From: Polyangiales bacterium
GTDB lineage: Bacteria; Myxococcota_A; Polyangia; Polyangiales; Polyangiaceae
Direction: 5' to 3'
Assembly (NCBI GenBank): GCA_038231275.1
Contig: JBBRLQ010000005.1
Coordinates: 160,001 to 224,000, forward strand
DNA length: 64,000 nucleotides
The notes beneath the pieces are model-generated. The model ran no database searches, was not told the DNA's origin, and saw nothing but the letters and a program-made list of their open reading frames with translations. Position numbers and translations under genes: made by a program. Every line of letters begins with the position of its first letter. The first letter of the stretch is position 1. Positions 50,039 to 59,940 of the stretch are shown piece by piece.

Positions 50039-50911
50039 ATGTACCGCGATGCACTCGCCGACCAACTCGCGCACGCGCGCATGCGAAGCGAAGAGACGAC
50101 GACGCGCGGGCGCCGAGCGCTGGAGAAGGAGTTCGGCGCCCAGGCAAGAGAGGTGCTCGGGAGCGAGCTCGAGCGCGCACGGGAGCTCGATTTTTCGACC
50201 GCTTCGCTCGAAGCGATCGCAGCCATCGACGCGAGCTCCGCGGCCCTCGAGGGCGCCATCGCGCGCGTCGAAGACGAATCGGCCAAAGAGGCCACGCGCG
50301 CGGCGGCGTTCGCGCCGGTGGGGGCGCCGTCTCCCGAGGCGGTCGTCTACAGCCCCGAGTTCGAGGGGTTCACGTCTTCCTTCAAGGGGCTCTTCGGGGC
50401 CGTCAAGGCCGTCGAGGTTTGCGACGCGCTGCGGGCCGCCGCCCTTCACTGGGCCGCGCAGGCATCGGGCGTCGTCCTCGTGGAGGCGTCTCCCGACGCG
50501 GCGTCGCTCCACTTCATGCATCGCGAGCTCCCGTTCCGTCTCGGCCTGGTCGCGAAGTACCACACCGAGAACGCGTCGGTGAGCGCGGTCCTGACCTCTC
50601 AGGCAAGACCGACCACGTCGTGGATTTCGATCCGCGCGCAGCACATGGGTGACGATCTGGCGTCCCTCTTCGGCGCTCGCGAGTTCACGTTCGGGGACGA
50701 CGAGTTCGACGGGCTCTACTTCGTCTCCGGCGATCCGGCGGTGTTGCGCGCCGTCCTCGGAGTGCCCGCGCGGCGGTCGCTCGTGAGTTTCGCCCGCCGG
50801 CACGTCCCTACGGTGCGGGTGGGGGAGGGCAAGGCTTCGCTCCTCCTGCCGGCCGACGTCGACCTGGCCGGCGCCTGCGAGCTGCTCGCGTCGTGCTTCG
50901 CCGGGTTGTAG
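50039..50911 (+). CDS. Hypothetical protein
   Basis: ATG after GGGGGAG; coiled N-terminus; FTFGDDEFDGLYFVSGD motif. Confidence 0.6.
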   Translation: MYRDALADQLAHARMRSEETTTRGRRALEKEFGAQAREVLGSELERARELDFSTASLEAIAAIDASSAALEGAIARVEDESAKEATRAAAFAPVGAPSPEAVVYSPEFEGFTSSFKGLFGAVKAVEVCDALRAAALHWAAQASGVVLVEASPDAASLHFMHRELPFRLGLVAKYHTENASVSAVLTSQARPTTSWISIRAQHMGDDLASLFGAREFTFGDDEFDGLYFVSGDPAVLRAVLGVPARRSLVSFARRHVPTVRVGEGKASLLLPADVDLAGACELLASCFAGL

Positions 50912-51010
50912 GCGCTCGGCATGCCGATGGCGCTGCCGAACACGCGACGCGAGCTACGGGACGTCGACCTTGGCAGTGGCACCGTGTTCGTGGTTCGAGC
51001 AGGCGCACGC

Positions 51011-51105
51011 ATCCCCAAACTCTGACCCTCGTGGCGATCGCCTACCGCGGCAAGCTCGTTCTGGACGAGTACTTCTACGGCTTCGATCGCGACGGGACCC
51101 CGTAG
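51011..51105 (+). pseudogene. Serine hydrolase (beta-lactamase family) fragment
   Basis: LVAIAYRGKLVLDEYFYGFDRD followed by a stop; resembles the strand that precedes the SxxK motif. Confidence 0.4.
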
Positions 51106-51148
51106 GACCCGCCCGCCACGTCGCCGCGACCGCCCCGGCGGGTCGCGT

Positions 51149-52003
51149 CTAGTCTTGCGGCTCGAGAACCGCGCGCAACGAGACGCCGAACGAGCTCTGC
51201 TCTCGCGTCGCACCGATCGACGTTGGGAACGCCATCCCGAAGCGCACGCTCTTCCCGAAGACCGGCGTGACGACAAGCGCCTCGGGCGCGACGAGGAACG
51301 GTCTCGGCTGCGCCCAATCGGCGACGGCCTCGGAGCCGAGATGGACAACGAACGAACCGAGAGGAATGCCATAGAGGGCTGCCCAGCTCGCGCGGACGGG
51401 TGCATGCGAGCTCGCGCCCCCGCCTTCGAAGAACGCGGCAGCGCGCAACGTCAGGGAGTGAAAGAGTAGCGCGCCGCGTAGCCCTGCGGTGTACGGCAAC
51501 GCGGGCTCGGTGAGATCGAGCAGGGCGGACGAGGAGCTCGTCGGGTACTGCGCCGAGGTCTCCCCCTGGAGGAAGATCATCCGCGCGAAGTCTTGCGTGA
51601 AGACATACGACAGCGTGCCGCGGCTCGCGATCGCGGGGTCCTTCAATGAAGCACCCTCCATCGTTCCCCCGAGGCCGAGCTCCGCGCCGATCCCAGCTCG
51701 CGCGAACGGTCGCCACTCCGCCTCGATGGCGTCGCGCCATACGCCGTTGGGGTTGTGGCGCGCATGCACCACCGTGTGCGTCGTGTCCAGTTCGAGCGTG
51801 CCGGTCTCCATCGAGTCGACGTCCGTGATGTTCTCCTCGATCACCGGCTCGGCAAGCGGCGCCTCCGCACGCACGCGTCGCGCGGGCAGGGACACGGTAG
51901 AGACGAGCGCGACGACGGTGCCGACGCGCGCGCGGGCGAGCGCGAGGAAACGAGCCCGTCGTGGAGCGAGCCCATCGAGCACGCGCGCCGCGTCCACGGT
52001 CAT
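51149..52003 (-). CDS. Putative outer-membrane beta-barrel/transporter-like protein
   Basis: Signal-like N-terminus; alternating beta-strand pattern; start uncertain. Confidence 0.55.
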   Translation of the reverse strand: MTVDAARVLDGLAPRRARFLALARARVGTVVALVSTVSLPARRVRAEAPLAEPVIEENITDVDSMETGTLELDTTHTVVHARHNPNGVWRDAIEAEWRPFARAGIGAELGLGGTMEGASLKDPAIASRGTLSYVFTQDFARMIFLQGETSAQYPTSSSSALLDLTEPALPYTAGLRGALLFHSLTLRAAAFFEGGGASSHAPVRASWAALYGIPLGSFVVHLGSEAVADWAQPRPFLVAPEALVVTPVFGKSVRFGMAFPTSIGATREQSSFGVSLRAVLEPQD

Positions 52004-52172
52004 TGCCCGCTCACTTGCCTCGTCGCGCTGCGCAGCTGCGCGAGAACGGACAGGCGCAACTCGGACCGCAGGTGCAAGTCGGTCCACCGCCAAAACATTA
52101 CATTCCTCCTCCCGCGCCGTCGAACGACGACCTCACCATCCGAAGGCGAGCCGCGGGGCCGCGAGCGCGCTC

Positions 52173-52373
52173 TTACCGCAGCTTTTCTTCGCTCCCGGCG
52201 CGTTCCTCGCTCGCCGCTTCGATTCGCGGGGGCCGCGGGAGTGGGGGCGGCGGGGGGACAGGGCCCATGCACGCGAGGCCCATGAGCGCGACACGGGCAA
52301 CACGCCAGACGGCGCGCGCGAGTCGATTCGGCCATGAGCGCGCGCGCGTCGGGCCGCGCGTTGGCTTCGACAT
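52173..52373 (-). CDS. Small hypothetical protein with a poly-Pro tract (66 aa)
   Basis: AAGAAGGAG RBS before ATG 52373; ALMGLACMGPVPPPPPLPRPP. Confidence 0.5.
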   Translation of the reverse strand: MSKPTRGPTRARSWPNRLARAVWRVARVALMGLACMGPVPPPPPLPRPPRIEAASEERAGSEEKLR

Positions 52374-52418
52374 GAGAGCTCCTTCTTCGTGAGGTGAGCG
52401 CCTGGGGAAGGCGCGCGC

Positions 52419-52757
52419 TCAGCGAAGAAGGGCGCAGTCGAGGAGGAACAGCGGGGCGAGTCGTGGGATGGGTGCGTTGCGGCCGACCTTGGCGGTCGGT
52501 AGCGCGCGTGTGTTCGCTTTGGCGGGGAACGTGGGCTCGCCTGCCGCAGCGCGCTGCGCGGGACGCTGCGAAGGGGAGGGCACGTTGGGTCGTGCCGCGG
52601 TGGCGCGGAAGGAAGCGACGAGCTCGATCGCGTCGACGACGACTGCGTCGGAGGCGGCAGCCGGCGCCGGGACGAGCGCCAGACCCAGCGCGACCACAAT
52701 TCCACGAAGGACGCGGAGCCAGGTCGCGCAGCGCGTTATCCGCCGTGTCCCTTCCAT
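52419..52757 (-). CDS. Small signal-peptide-bearing protein ending LFLLDCALLR
   Basis: Hydrophobic segment + PAAA|S, low-complexity middle, hydrophobic Cys-containing C-terminus. Confidence 0.5.
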   Translation of the reverse strand: MEGTRRITRCATWLRVLRGIVVALGLALVPAPAAASDAVVVDAIELVASFRATAARPNVPSPSQRPAQRAAAGEPTFPAKANTRALPTAKVGRNAPIPRLAPLFLLDCALLR

Positions 52758-52867
52758 CGCATCAGGGTAGCCACCCGGCTCGGGCCTCGCAACCGACCGC
52801 GCGTCGGCCTCCGACCCTCGGCGGTGGGCCGAGCCGCCGGCCAGCGGATCTGGTAGAGACGCGAGGC

Positions 52868-55800
52868 GTGATCCCGCGCCTCACCGAGCTCCAGCCTGCG
52901 ACGGCGCAGACGCGCGCGTTCCTCGCCGAAATGAAGCGCGCGGGCTTCACCGGCGATCTCGCCGACGATCTTGCGACCCGCGTGGTCGGGGCGACGGACA
53001 ACTCGATCTACCAGATCCTGCCGCAGGCGATCCTCTACCCGAAGACGAAGGGCGACGTCGTCACGCTGATGCGCACCGCCGCGACCGCGCCGTTTCGCAC
53101 GCTCACGCTGACCGCGCGCGGCGGAGGGACCGGCACCAACGGGCAGTCGCTGACGTCGGGGCTGATCGTCGACGTCGGGCGTCACATGACGCGCATCCTG
53201 GGCCGCGACGGGGATCGCGTCGAGGTCGAGCCCGGCGTCGTCCTCGATCAGCTGAACGCTCATCTCGCGCCGGACGGCGTGTTCTTTGCGCCGAACCTCT
53301 CGCCGAGCTCACGCGCCACGCTCGGCGGGATGATCTCGACGGACGCGAGCGGTCAGGGATCGCGCGTCTACGGGAAGACCTCCCAGCACGTGGCGACGCT
53401 CGAGGTCGTGCTGATCGACGGCTCGGTCCTCGTGACGCGTCCGATGCGTCGCGACGAAGTCCTGGCGATGCCGGCGTGGGACACAGATGCGCCGCTCGCC
53501 GAGCGTTTGCCTCGCGCCGTCCTCGCGCTGGCCGAGAGGGTGCGGCCGGAGTTCGTCGCCAAGCTGCCGAGGCTCACGCGCTTCTTGACGGGCTACAACC
53601 TGGAGCGCGTGTGGGACCCGGAAGAAGGCACGCTCGATCTCAAGTGGCTCATCACCGGCGCCGAGGGCACGCTCGGCATCGTGACGAAAGCGTGGCTCGG
53701 CGTGGTGCCGATCCCCACCGCGCGACGTCTCGCCGTCCTCGAGTTCGGGAGCTTCGACGCGGCGCTCGCCTCGGCGGAAATCGTCCTCGCCCAGAACCCC
53801 TCGTCGATCGAGACCGTCGACGAGCGCGTCATGGATCTCGCGCGCGAGGACATCATCTTCCCCAGCGTCGCGGCTTATCTCCCGACGCGGCCGGCGCCTG
53901 CGCCGAAGACCGCGGCGATCAACCTGGTCGAGTTCGAGGGAATGGACACGGCCGACGTCGAGGGGAAGATGGCGTCGCTCGTTCGCGCATGCGACGCGCA
54001 CCGTGGCGAACCGGGCTGGCCCCTCGCCGTTTCGGTCGCCGCGAACGACGCGGATCGCAACGCGCTCTGGCAGCTTCGGGCGAAGGGCGTCGGGCTCTTG
54101 GGGAACACGAAGGGCCGGCGCAAACCGGTGCCTTTCGTCGAGGACACCGTCGTCCCTCCCGAGAAGCTCTCGAAGTACGTGGCGGAGTTCCGCGCCCTCC
54201 TCGACGCCGAGGGCTTGGTGTACGGGATGTTCGGTCACGTCGACGTCGGCTGCCTGCACGTGCGGCCCGCGCTCGATCTGCGCGATCCGGAAGACGAGGC
54301 GCGCGTGCGGCGGATCTCCGATCAGGTCGCGGCGCTGTGCACGAAGTACGGCGGCGTCATCTGGGGCGAGCACGGCAAGGGCTTTCGCTCCGAATACAGC
54401 CCACTCCACTTCGGCGATCTGTTCGTGCACATCGAGGCGACCAAGACGCTCTTCGATCCCGACCATCGGCTCAACCCCGGGAAGGTCGCGACGCCCACCG
54501 GCCAACGCCGGCACTTGGCGACGATCGAGCAGCCCACGCGTGGCCAACAGGATCGCCAGATCGAGCGGCGCGCCCAAGACACGTTCGCGCTCGCGATCGA
54601 CTGCAACGGCAACGGGCAGTGCTTCCACTGGGACCCCGACCACGTGATGTGCCCGTCGTCGAAGATCACGCGCGATCGGATCCACACCCCGAAGGGTCGC
54701 GCGGGCGTGATGCGCGAGTGGCTTCGCCAGCTCTCCAACGCGGGTGCTGGCCTCCCGCAGCGGCCGAGCGTGCTCGGGGCGCCGCTCCGGATCGTCCACA
54801 CGCTCGGCAAGGTTTTCGGCACGTTCGACTATTCGCACGAGGTCCACAGGGCGATGGAAGGGTGCCTGGCGTGCAAGGCGTGCGCGACGCAGTGCCCGGT
54901 GAAGGTCGACGTCCCTGCGTTCCGCAGCGAGTTCCTCGAGAGCTACCACTCGCGCTACCTCCGGCCTCTGCGCGATCACCTCGTGGCCGGCCTCGAAGGA
55001 GCCCTCGCCGCGATGTCACGCGCGCCGTGGTTCTTCAACTTTTTTCTCGGTTCGAAGATCTTCCAGCGCGTCTTCGGTGCGCTCACCGGCCTCGTCGACA
55101 CGCCGCTCCTCGCCCGTCGCGCCCTCACGAAAGAGCTCGAGGACCGGAAGATACCGATGCTCGGCCCCGCGTCACCACCGCCGTCGCCCGACAAACCGCG
55201 CGTCGTCCTCGTGCAAGACGCGTTCACGAGCTTCTACGAACCGGACCTCGTGCTCAAGGTGCGGGAGCTCCTCGATCGCCTCGGGTGCGACGTGCAGATC
55301 GCGCCCTACGTGCCGAACGGCAAAGGGCTCCACGTGAAAGGCTTCCTCCGCCGCTTCGAGAAGCAAGCGAGGCGCACCGCGGAGACCCTCAAGCAGCTCG
55401 CGGCCTCCGGCGCGACGCTCGTGTCGATCGAGCCGGCCGTCGGCCTGACGTACCGCGACGAGTACCGGCACGCGCTCGGCAAGGATCTCGGCTTCGAGGT
55501 CGTGCTCCTCCAAGAGCTCCTCGCGCGGATCGTCCCGAAGAAGGAGACGGCCGCGCCGACGGGCGAGCCATACCGTCTCTTCGGCCATTGCACCGAGAAG
55601 ACCCTGGCTCCGGCGTCGCAGCGACAGTGGGTCGAGGTCTTCGGTCGCGTTGGCCTACGCCTCGATCCGGTCGCGACGGGCTGCTGCGGAATGAGCGGTG
55701 CCTTCGGCCACGAGAGGATTCACCGCGAGGAGTCGAAGGGGATCTGGGATCTCTCGTGGGGGCGCTGGACCCGCGACGATCCCTCGCGCGTGCTCGCGAC

Positions 55801-55903
55801 AGGGTACTCGTGCCGCAGCCAAGCTCACCGCTTCGGCGCCTTCTCGCCGCGCCACCCGGCCGAGGTCCTCCTCGAGAGATTGGTCGAGATCCCGATCCCG
55901 TGA
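52868..55903 (+). CDS. ydiJ: FAD-binding and Fe-S-binding oxidoreductase (D-2-hydroxyglutarate dehydrogenase YdiJ-like)
   Basis: MIPRL...TDNSIYQILP, RGGGTGTNGQ, TDASGQGS, WGEHGKG, CNGNGQC, CLACKACATQCP, CCGMSG, TGYSCRSQ. Confidence 0.92.
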   Translation: MIPRLTELQPATAQTRAFLAEMKRAGFTGDLADDLATRVVGATDNSIYQILPQAILYPKTKGDVVTLMRTAATAPFRTLTLTARGGGTGTNGQSLTSGLIVDVGRHMTRILGRDGDRVEVEPGVVLDQLNAHLAPDGVFFAPNLSPSSRATLGGMISTDASGQGSRVYGKTSQHVATLEVVLIDGSVLVTRPMRRDEVLAMPAWDTDAPLAERLPRAVLALAERVRPEFVAKLPRLTRFLTGYNLERVWDPEEGTLDLKWLITGAEGTLGIVTKAWLGVVPIPTARRLAVLEFGSFDAALASAEIVLAQNPSSIETVDERVMDLAREDIIFPSVAAYLPTRPAPAPKTAAINLVEFEGMDTADVEGKMASLVRACDAHRGEPGWPLAVSVAANDADRNALWQLRAKGVGLLGNTKGRRKPVPFVEDTVVPPEKLSKYVAEFRALLDAEGLVYGMFGHVDVGCLHVRPALDLRDPEDEARVRRISDQVAALCTKYGGVIWGEHGKGFRSEYSPLHFGDLFVHIEATKTLFDPDHRLNPGKVATPTGQRRHLATIEQPTRGQQDRQIERRAQDTFALAIDCNGNGQCFHWDPDHVMCPSSKITRDRIHTPKGRAGVMREWLRQLSNAGAGLPQRPSVLGAPLRIVHTLGKVFGTFDYSHEVHRAMEGCLACKACATQCPVKVDVPAFRSEFLESYHSRYLRPLRDHLVAGLEGALAAMSRAPWFFNFFLGSKIFQRVFGALTGLVDTPLLARRALTKELEDRKIPMLGPASPPPSPDKPRVVLVQDAFTSFYEPDLVLKVRELLDRLGCDVQIAPYVPNGKGLHVKGFLRRFEKQARRTAETLKQLAASGATLVSIEPAVGLTYRDEYRHALGKDLGFEVVLLQELLARIVPKKETAAPTGEPYRLFGHCTEKTLAPASQRQWVEVFGRVGLRLDPVATGCCGMSGAFGHERIHREESKGIWDLSWGRWTRDDPSRVLATGYSCRSQAHRFGAFSPRHPAEVLLERLVEIPIP

Positions 55904-56067
55904 CTCGCGCTACGTCACGACGAGCGGGCTCCGCCGAGCACCGAGGCGCGTCGAATCGAGCAGCGAATCGAGCGTGTCCACGCGGTGAGGGTACCAGGTG
56001 ACGTGACGCCACGTGCCCTCACGCCGATGGCGGAGCAGCGACGACGCGGCTAGAATCGGCTCGATCG

Positions 56068-56973
56068 ATGGGGAAGCTGGAGGACGGTCTGCCCGAGCCC
56101 TTGCGCGCGCGCGTCGCGTCGGAGCCGGGGGCAGCGGAGAAGCTCGCCGCGGCGATCGAGCGGGCGAGCGCAGAGGTCCCGGAGATCCGCGTCGAGCCGG
56201 CAGCCCTCGCCGAGTACGTCCTCGCGCGCGCGCCGGAAGAGGGGTCGCTCGGCGCGCACCTCGACGGCGTTCGCGCGGGGGACCTCCTCCTCGCGGCGGC
56301 GTGCACGCGCGGCGATCCGGCGGCGTTCGCGCTGTTCGAGCAGCGCTACTTCGACGAGGTGCCGATCGCCTACTCGCGGTTTCGCACGACGACGACGCTC
56401 GATGAGCTCCGCCAGGCGCTACGCGACAAGCTGTTCGTGGCGGACGCGGGCGCGGCGCCCAAGATCGCGCTCTACACCGGCGCCGGCGAGCTGCGGCCGT
56501 GGTTCCGGGTCACCGTCGTTCGAATGCTCCTGAACCTCGTGACGCGCGCGCCGAAGGAGGTCGAGCTCAAGGACGCGATGGTCGAGGCCCTCCCCGGTAC
56601 CTTCGACGACGCGGAGCTCGCGCACACACGCGCGCTCTATGGAGGCGCGCTCACCGAGGCATTCGGTGAGGCGATCAAGAAGCTGGATCGGCGCGAGCGG
56701 TCGCTCCTTCGCTTTGCGGTATGCGACGGCCTGACGGTCGACGCGATCGGGAAGATCCACGGCGTTCATCGCGCGACCGCCGCCCGGTGGGTGCAGGCTG
56801 CCCGCGAGCGGCTCGAGCACGAGGTCCTGGACGCGGTGCGCGCGCGCATTCCCGCCGGCGACGACAGCCTCGCCAGCATCATGCGCCTGCTCGCCGGCGA
56901 GGTCGACGTCTCGCTCCGCGTTCACCTCGCCACGGGAAGCTCGAGCGCCGCCGGGACGCCGACCGGAGGCTGA
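56068..56973 (+). CDS. ECF-type sigma-70 factor, myxobacterial kinase-associated type with an N-terminal extension
   Basis: DLLLAAACTRGDPAAF, YTGAGELRPWFRVTVVR (region 2), LDRRERSLLR...GLTVDAIGKIHGVHRATAARW (region 4 HTH). Confidence 0.88.
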   Translation: MGKLEDGLPEPLRARVASEPGAAEKLAAAIERASAEVPEIRVEPAALAEYVLARAPEEGSLGAHLDGVRAGDLLLAAACTRGDPAAFALFEQRYFDEVPIAYSRFRTTTTLDELRQALRDKLFVADAGAAPKIALYTGAGELRPWFRVTVVRMLLNLVTRAPKEVELKDAMVEALPGTFDDAELAHTRALYGGALTEAFGEAIKKLDRRERSLLRFAVCDGLTVDAIGKIHGVHRATAARWVQAARERLEHEVLDAVRARIPAGDDSLASIMRLLAGEVDVSLRVHLATGSSSAAGTPTGG

Positions 56974-56988
56974 GCGTACGATTCCCAT

Positions 56989-57012
56989 GCGACGAAGGGA
57001 ATTTTGCGTGTC
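56989..57012 (+). promoter_or_regulatory. GCGACG-N12-CGTGTC motif, copy 1 (upstream of the kinase)
   Basis: GCGACG AAGGGAATTTTG CGTGTC, 18 nt before GTG 57031. Confidence 0.65.
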
Positions 57013-57030
57013 CGTCAGGAGAGGAGCCAC

Positions 57031-59940
57031 GTGAGCGCGTGTCCGAACGACGAGATCCTCTCGGCCTACGTCGAGCAGAAGGCGACCGATCGCGCCGCGA
57101 TCGAGGAGCACCTCGACGGGTGCAAGGCGTGCCGCGTCGTCGTCGGGCACCTCGCGGCCGTTGGCGTGATGGTGGACGAGCTGAAGGTCGATCCGGATCG
57201 CACGCACCAGACCGGGCCGACGGAGGACCTCGCCGCGACCGAGGCCGACGCGGCGCTGCTCTTCGGGCCGCCGCTTGCGCGTGGGACTCGCGTGGATCGC
57301 TACGTCGTCGATGGAGAGCTCGGTCGTGGCGGCATGGGCGTCGTCCTCCTCGCGCACGATCCTCAGCTCGCGCGGACGGTTGCGTTGAAGATCGTTCGCC
57401 CAGGGACCAGCGACGAGTCAGCGCGCGCGGGGCTACTGCGCGAGGCGCGGGCGATGGCGCGCTTGTCTCATCCCAACGTGGTGGCGATCCACGACGTCGG
57501 CGAGCTCGACGACGGGCGCGTCTTCCTCGCGATGGAGCACGTACGCGGGACGACGCTGCGACGCGCTCTCGCGGGCGAGGAGAGATCCAGCGCGCGGACG
57601 ATCGATCTCTTCCTCCAGGCGGGCAAGGGCCTCGCGGCCGCGCACGCGGTGGGGCTGATCCATCGAGATTTCAAGCCCGAAAACGTGCTCGTGGGCGACG
57701 ACGGGCGCGTGCGGGTGACGGACTTCGGCTTGGCCCGTGGCACGAGCGGGCCGGGTGTGCCGGCGTCGCTGCGCGGGGGCCACGACGCCGCCGTACCGCC
57801 GTCGGGCCTCACGCGCACGGGCGCGATTGTAGGGACACCGGCCTACATGGCGCCGGAGCAGACGCTCGGGCTCGCCGCCACACCCGCGACCGATCAGTTC
57901 GCGTTCGCCGTCGCGCTGTTCGAGGCGCTCACGGGCATGCGCCCCTTCGCGGGGACCACGTTCGAGGAGATCGCAAAGGCGAAGGTCGGCGGCGACCGGC
58001 GCGCGTGGCCGCCGAGTCCGATCGTCTCCCCGGAGCTCATGGCCATCGTCGACCGCGGTCTGGCGCGAGCGCCCGAGGAAAGGCACGCGTCGATGAACGC
58101 GCTCCTCGAGCTCCTCGAGCGCGCGCGTGAGAGCGCCCCGCGGTCAGGGCGGTCACGCGCCGTCGTCTCGCTCTTGGTCGTCGCCGTCGTCGCCGTCGTC
58201 GCCGTGATTGGCGCGGCGACGGTGCGCGCGCGCAGCGGTACGGCCGTCGTCGCTCCGAACGCGAGCGTCGCGTGCGTCGATGGTGCGCGCGCGATGACCG
58301 CGATCTGGGGTGACGTGAAGAGGAACGAGGTGCGCGCCGCGCTCTCGACGAAGACCGCCGCGCCGATCGCCGTCGACGAGACGCTCGCGACGCTCGATCG
58401 GCAAGCCCGCGAGTGGACGACGATGCACGACGCCTCGTGCGCCGCGACCCGTGACTCCACACAACCGGAGCCGGCCTTTCGTCTGCGCGCCGCGTGCCTC
58501 CGCCGCAGGTGGAACGAGCTGGTCGAGATGATCGACGTCCTCGCCCACGAGCCGCCCGATCCCGACGACGCGTTCGCGGGCGATCCGCTGGGCTCCGTGC
58601 GGGCATGCGCGGACCTACGAACGCTCGCCGCCACCGAGCCTCCGCCGCCAGACCCTGCCGAGCTCGCGCGCGTGGAGGACTTCTACGCGCGCATCGCACG
58701 GGCTCGGGCCATGTCGAAGGGAACGTGGGCGTCGATGAACGCGCTCGCCGCGGACGTCGCGCGCGTCAAGTGGTCGCCGGTGGTGGCCGAGCATGCCCTC
58801 CTCGGCGCCGAGCTCGCTGCGACGATCCCCATGGAGGAGGCGATCCGTTTGGCGGAGACGAGTCGCGACGACGAGCTGGTCGCGCGCGCGCGGCGGGCGT
58901 ACGCGCGGAAGCAAATCGTCGCCGGCACCGGGGCCTTCGTCGAGCTCTCCGGCGCGCTTGCTGCCGCGACGAAGCTGGAACGCCCCGATCTCCGCGCGGA
59001 CGTGCTGGAGCAGCGCGCCGTCGCCGAGAAGGATTTTGGACGCTTCGCCGCGGCGCTCGTGACGGCGACCGAAGCGCTCGCCCTTCGCGAAGGAGGCGCG
59101 GAGTCGCCGCGGAGGCCGCGTGCGCTCTGGATCGTCGACCTAACGCTCGTGCGAGCAGAGGCGGCGATCGAGCAGGGGGAGATCGGGACCGCGCGCGACG
59201 CGCTCCGCGTGCTCGAGCCGGTTCCGGACGACGCGGTGAAGGCGGCGCGGCTGGTCCTGGCAGGCCGTGTGGCCATCGCGGAGGGGCACGCCGACGCCGC
59301 GCGACCGCTGCTCGCCGAGGCGCGCACGCTCGCCGCGAACGTGGCGCACGCGGACCTCGTGAAGAGCAGCACCCGCGAGCGGCGCGCGTGGCGAATCGCC
59401 GAAGAGGCGCTCTTCGCGTCGATGTGGGCGATGGGGGTCGCGGAGCACGCGCTCGGCCGGCGCGACGAGGCGGAGCGGGCCCTTGTCGACACGCTCAACG
59501 CGCTCACGGAGCGGGGCTTCGGGCTGGCGCCGATCGTCCAGGCGCGCGCGGTGCTCCTCCTGAACCGGATCCAGCGCGGTAAGGTCCCCGCGCCGCGGGC
59601 GCTCGCGCGGGCGAAGCGCGCTTTCGAGCTCGTCGAGCCGTTGGAGCCCGCGCCGATCGCGGCGGAGGCGCTGATCGCGCTCGGCGAGGCGCTTGTCGGA
59701 ACCGGGGACGCGGCGGGCGCGATCGCGCGCCTCACGCACGCTGAGGTCCTCGCGCGCGACGCGCCGGTTTGGCTTCGTGTCGAGTGCGCCACCGCGTTGC
59801 TCGGCGCGTCGCGCGCGCGCGGCGCGGATCCGGCGGCGCTCCCGCGCGCGAACGAGATCGCGCGACGTGCGCTCGCCGACGCGAACGCCGATACGCCCGG
59901 CCGCGCCGCCCTCGAGGCTCTCCTCACGAGGCCGCCGTGA
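57031..59940 (+). CDS. Membrane Ser/Thr protein kinase with an N-terminal HxxxCxxC motif and a C-terminal TPR-like domain
   Basis: GAGGAG RBS; HLDGCKAC; GRGGMG, VALK, HRDFKPEN, DFG, GTPAYMAPE; TM AVVSLLVVAVVAVVAVIG. Confidence 0.93.
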   Translation: MSACPNDEILSAYVEQKATDRAAIEEHLDGCKACRVVVGHLAAVGVMVDELKVDPDRTHQTGPTEDLAATEADAALLFGPPLARGTRVDRYVVDGELGRGGMGVVLLAHDPQLARTVALKIVRPGTSDESARAGLLREARAMARLSHPNVVAIHDVGELDDGRVFLAMEHVRGTTLRRALAGEERSSARTIDLFLQAGKGLAAAHAVGLIHRDFKPENVLVGDDGRVRVTDFGLARGTSGPGVPASLRGGHDAAVPPSGLTRTGAIVGTPAYMAPEQTLGLAATPATDQFAFAVALFEALTGMRPFAGTTFEEIAKAKVGGDRRAWPPSPIVSPELMAIVDRGLARAPEERHASMNALLELLERARESAPRSGRSRAVVSLLVVAVVAVVAVIGAATVRARSGTAVVAPNASVACVDGARAMTAIWGDVKRNEVRAALSTKTAAPIAVDETLATLDRQAREWTTMHDASCAATRDSTQPEPAFRLRAACLRRRWNELVEMIDVLAHEPPDPDDAFAGDPLGSVRACADLRTLAATEPPPPDPAELARVEDFYARIARARAMSKGTWASMNALAADVARVKWSPVVAEHALLGAELAATIPMEEAIRLAETSRDDELVARARRAYARKQIVAGTGAFVELSGALAAATKLERPDLRADVLEQRAVAEKDFGRFAAALVTATEALALREGGAESPRRPRALWIVDLTLVRAEAAIEQGEIGTARDALRVLEPVPDDAVKAARLVLAGRVAIAEGHADAARPLLAEARTLAANVAHADLVKSSTRERRAWRIAEEALFASMWAMGVAEHALGRRDEAERALVDTLNALTERGFGLAPIVQARAVLLLNRIQRGKVPAPRALARAKRAFELVEPLEPAPIAAEALIALGEALVGTGDAAGAIARLTHAEVLARDAPVWLRVECATALLGASRARGADPAALPRANEIARRALADANADTPGRAALEALLTRPP

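Noticed and set aside
55952..55973. Direct repeat CGAATCGAGC x2 upstream of the ECF gene
   Set aside because: Short, seen at one site only; the adjacent CGTGTC lacks the GCGACG half. Not enough support for a function.
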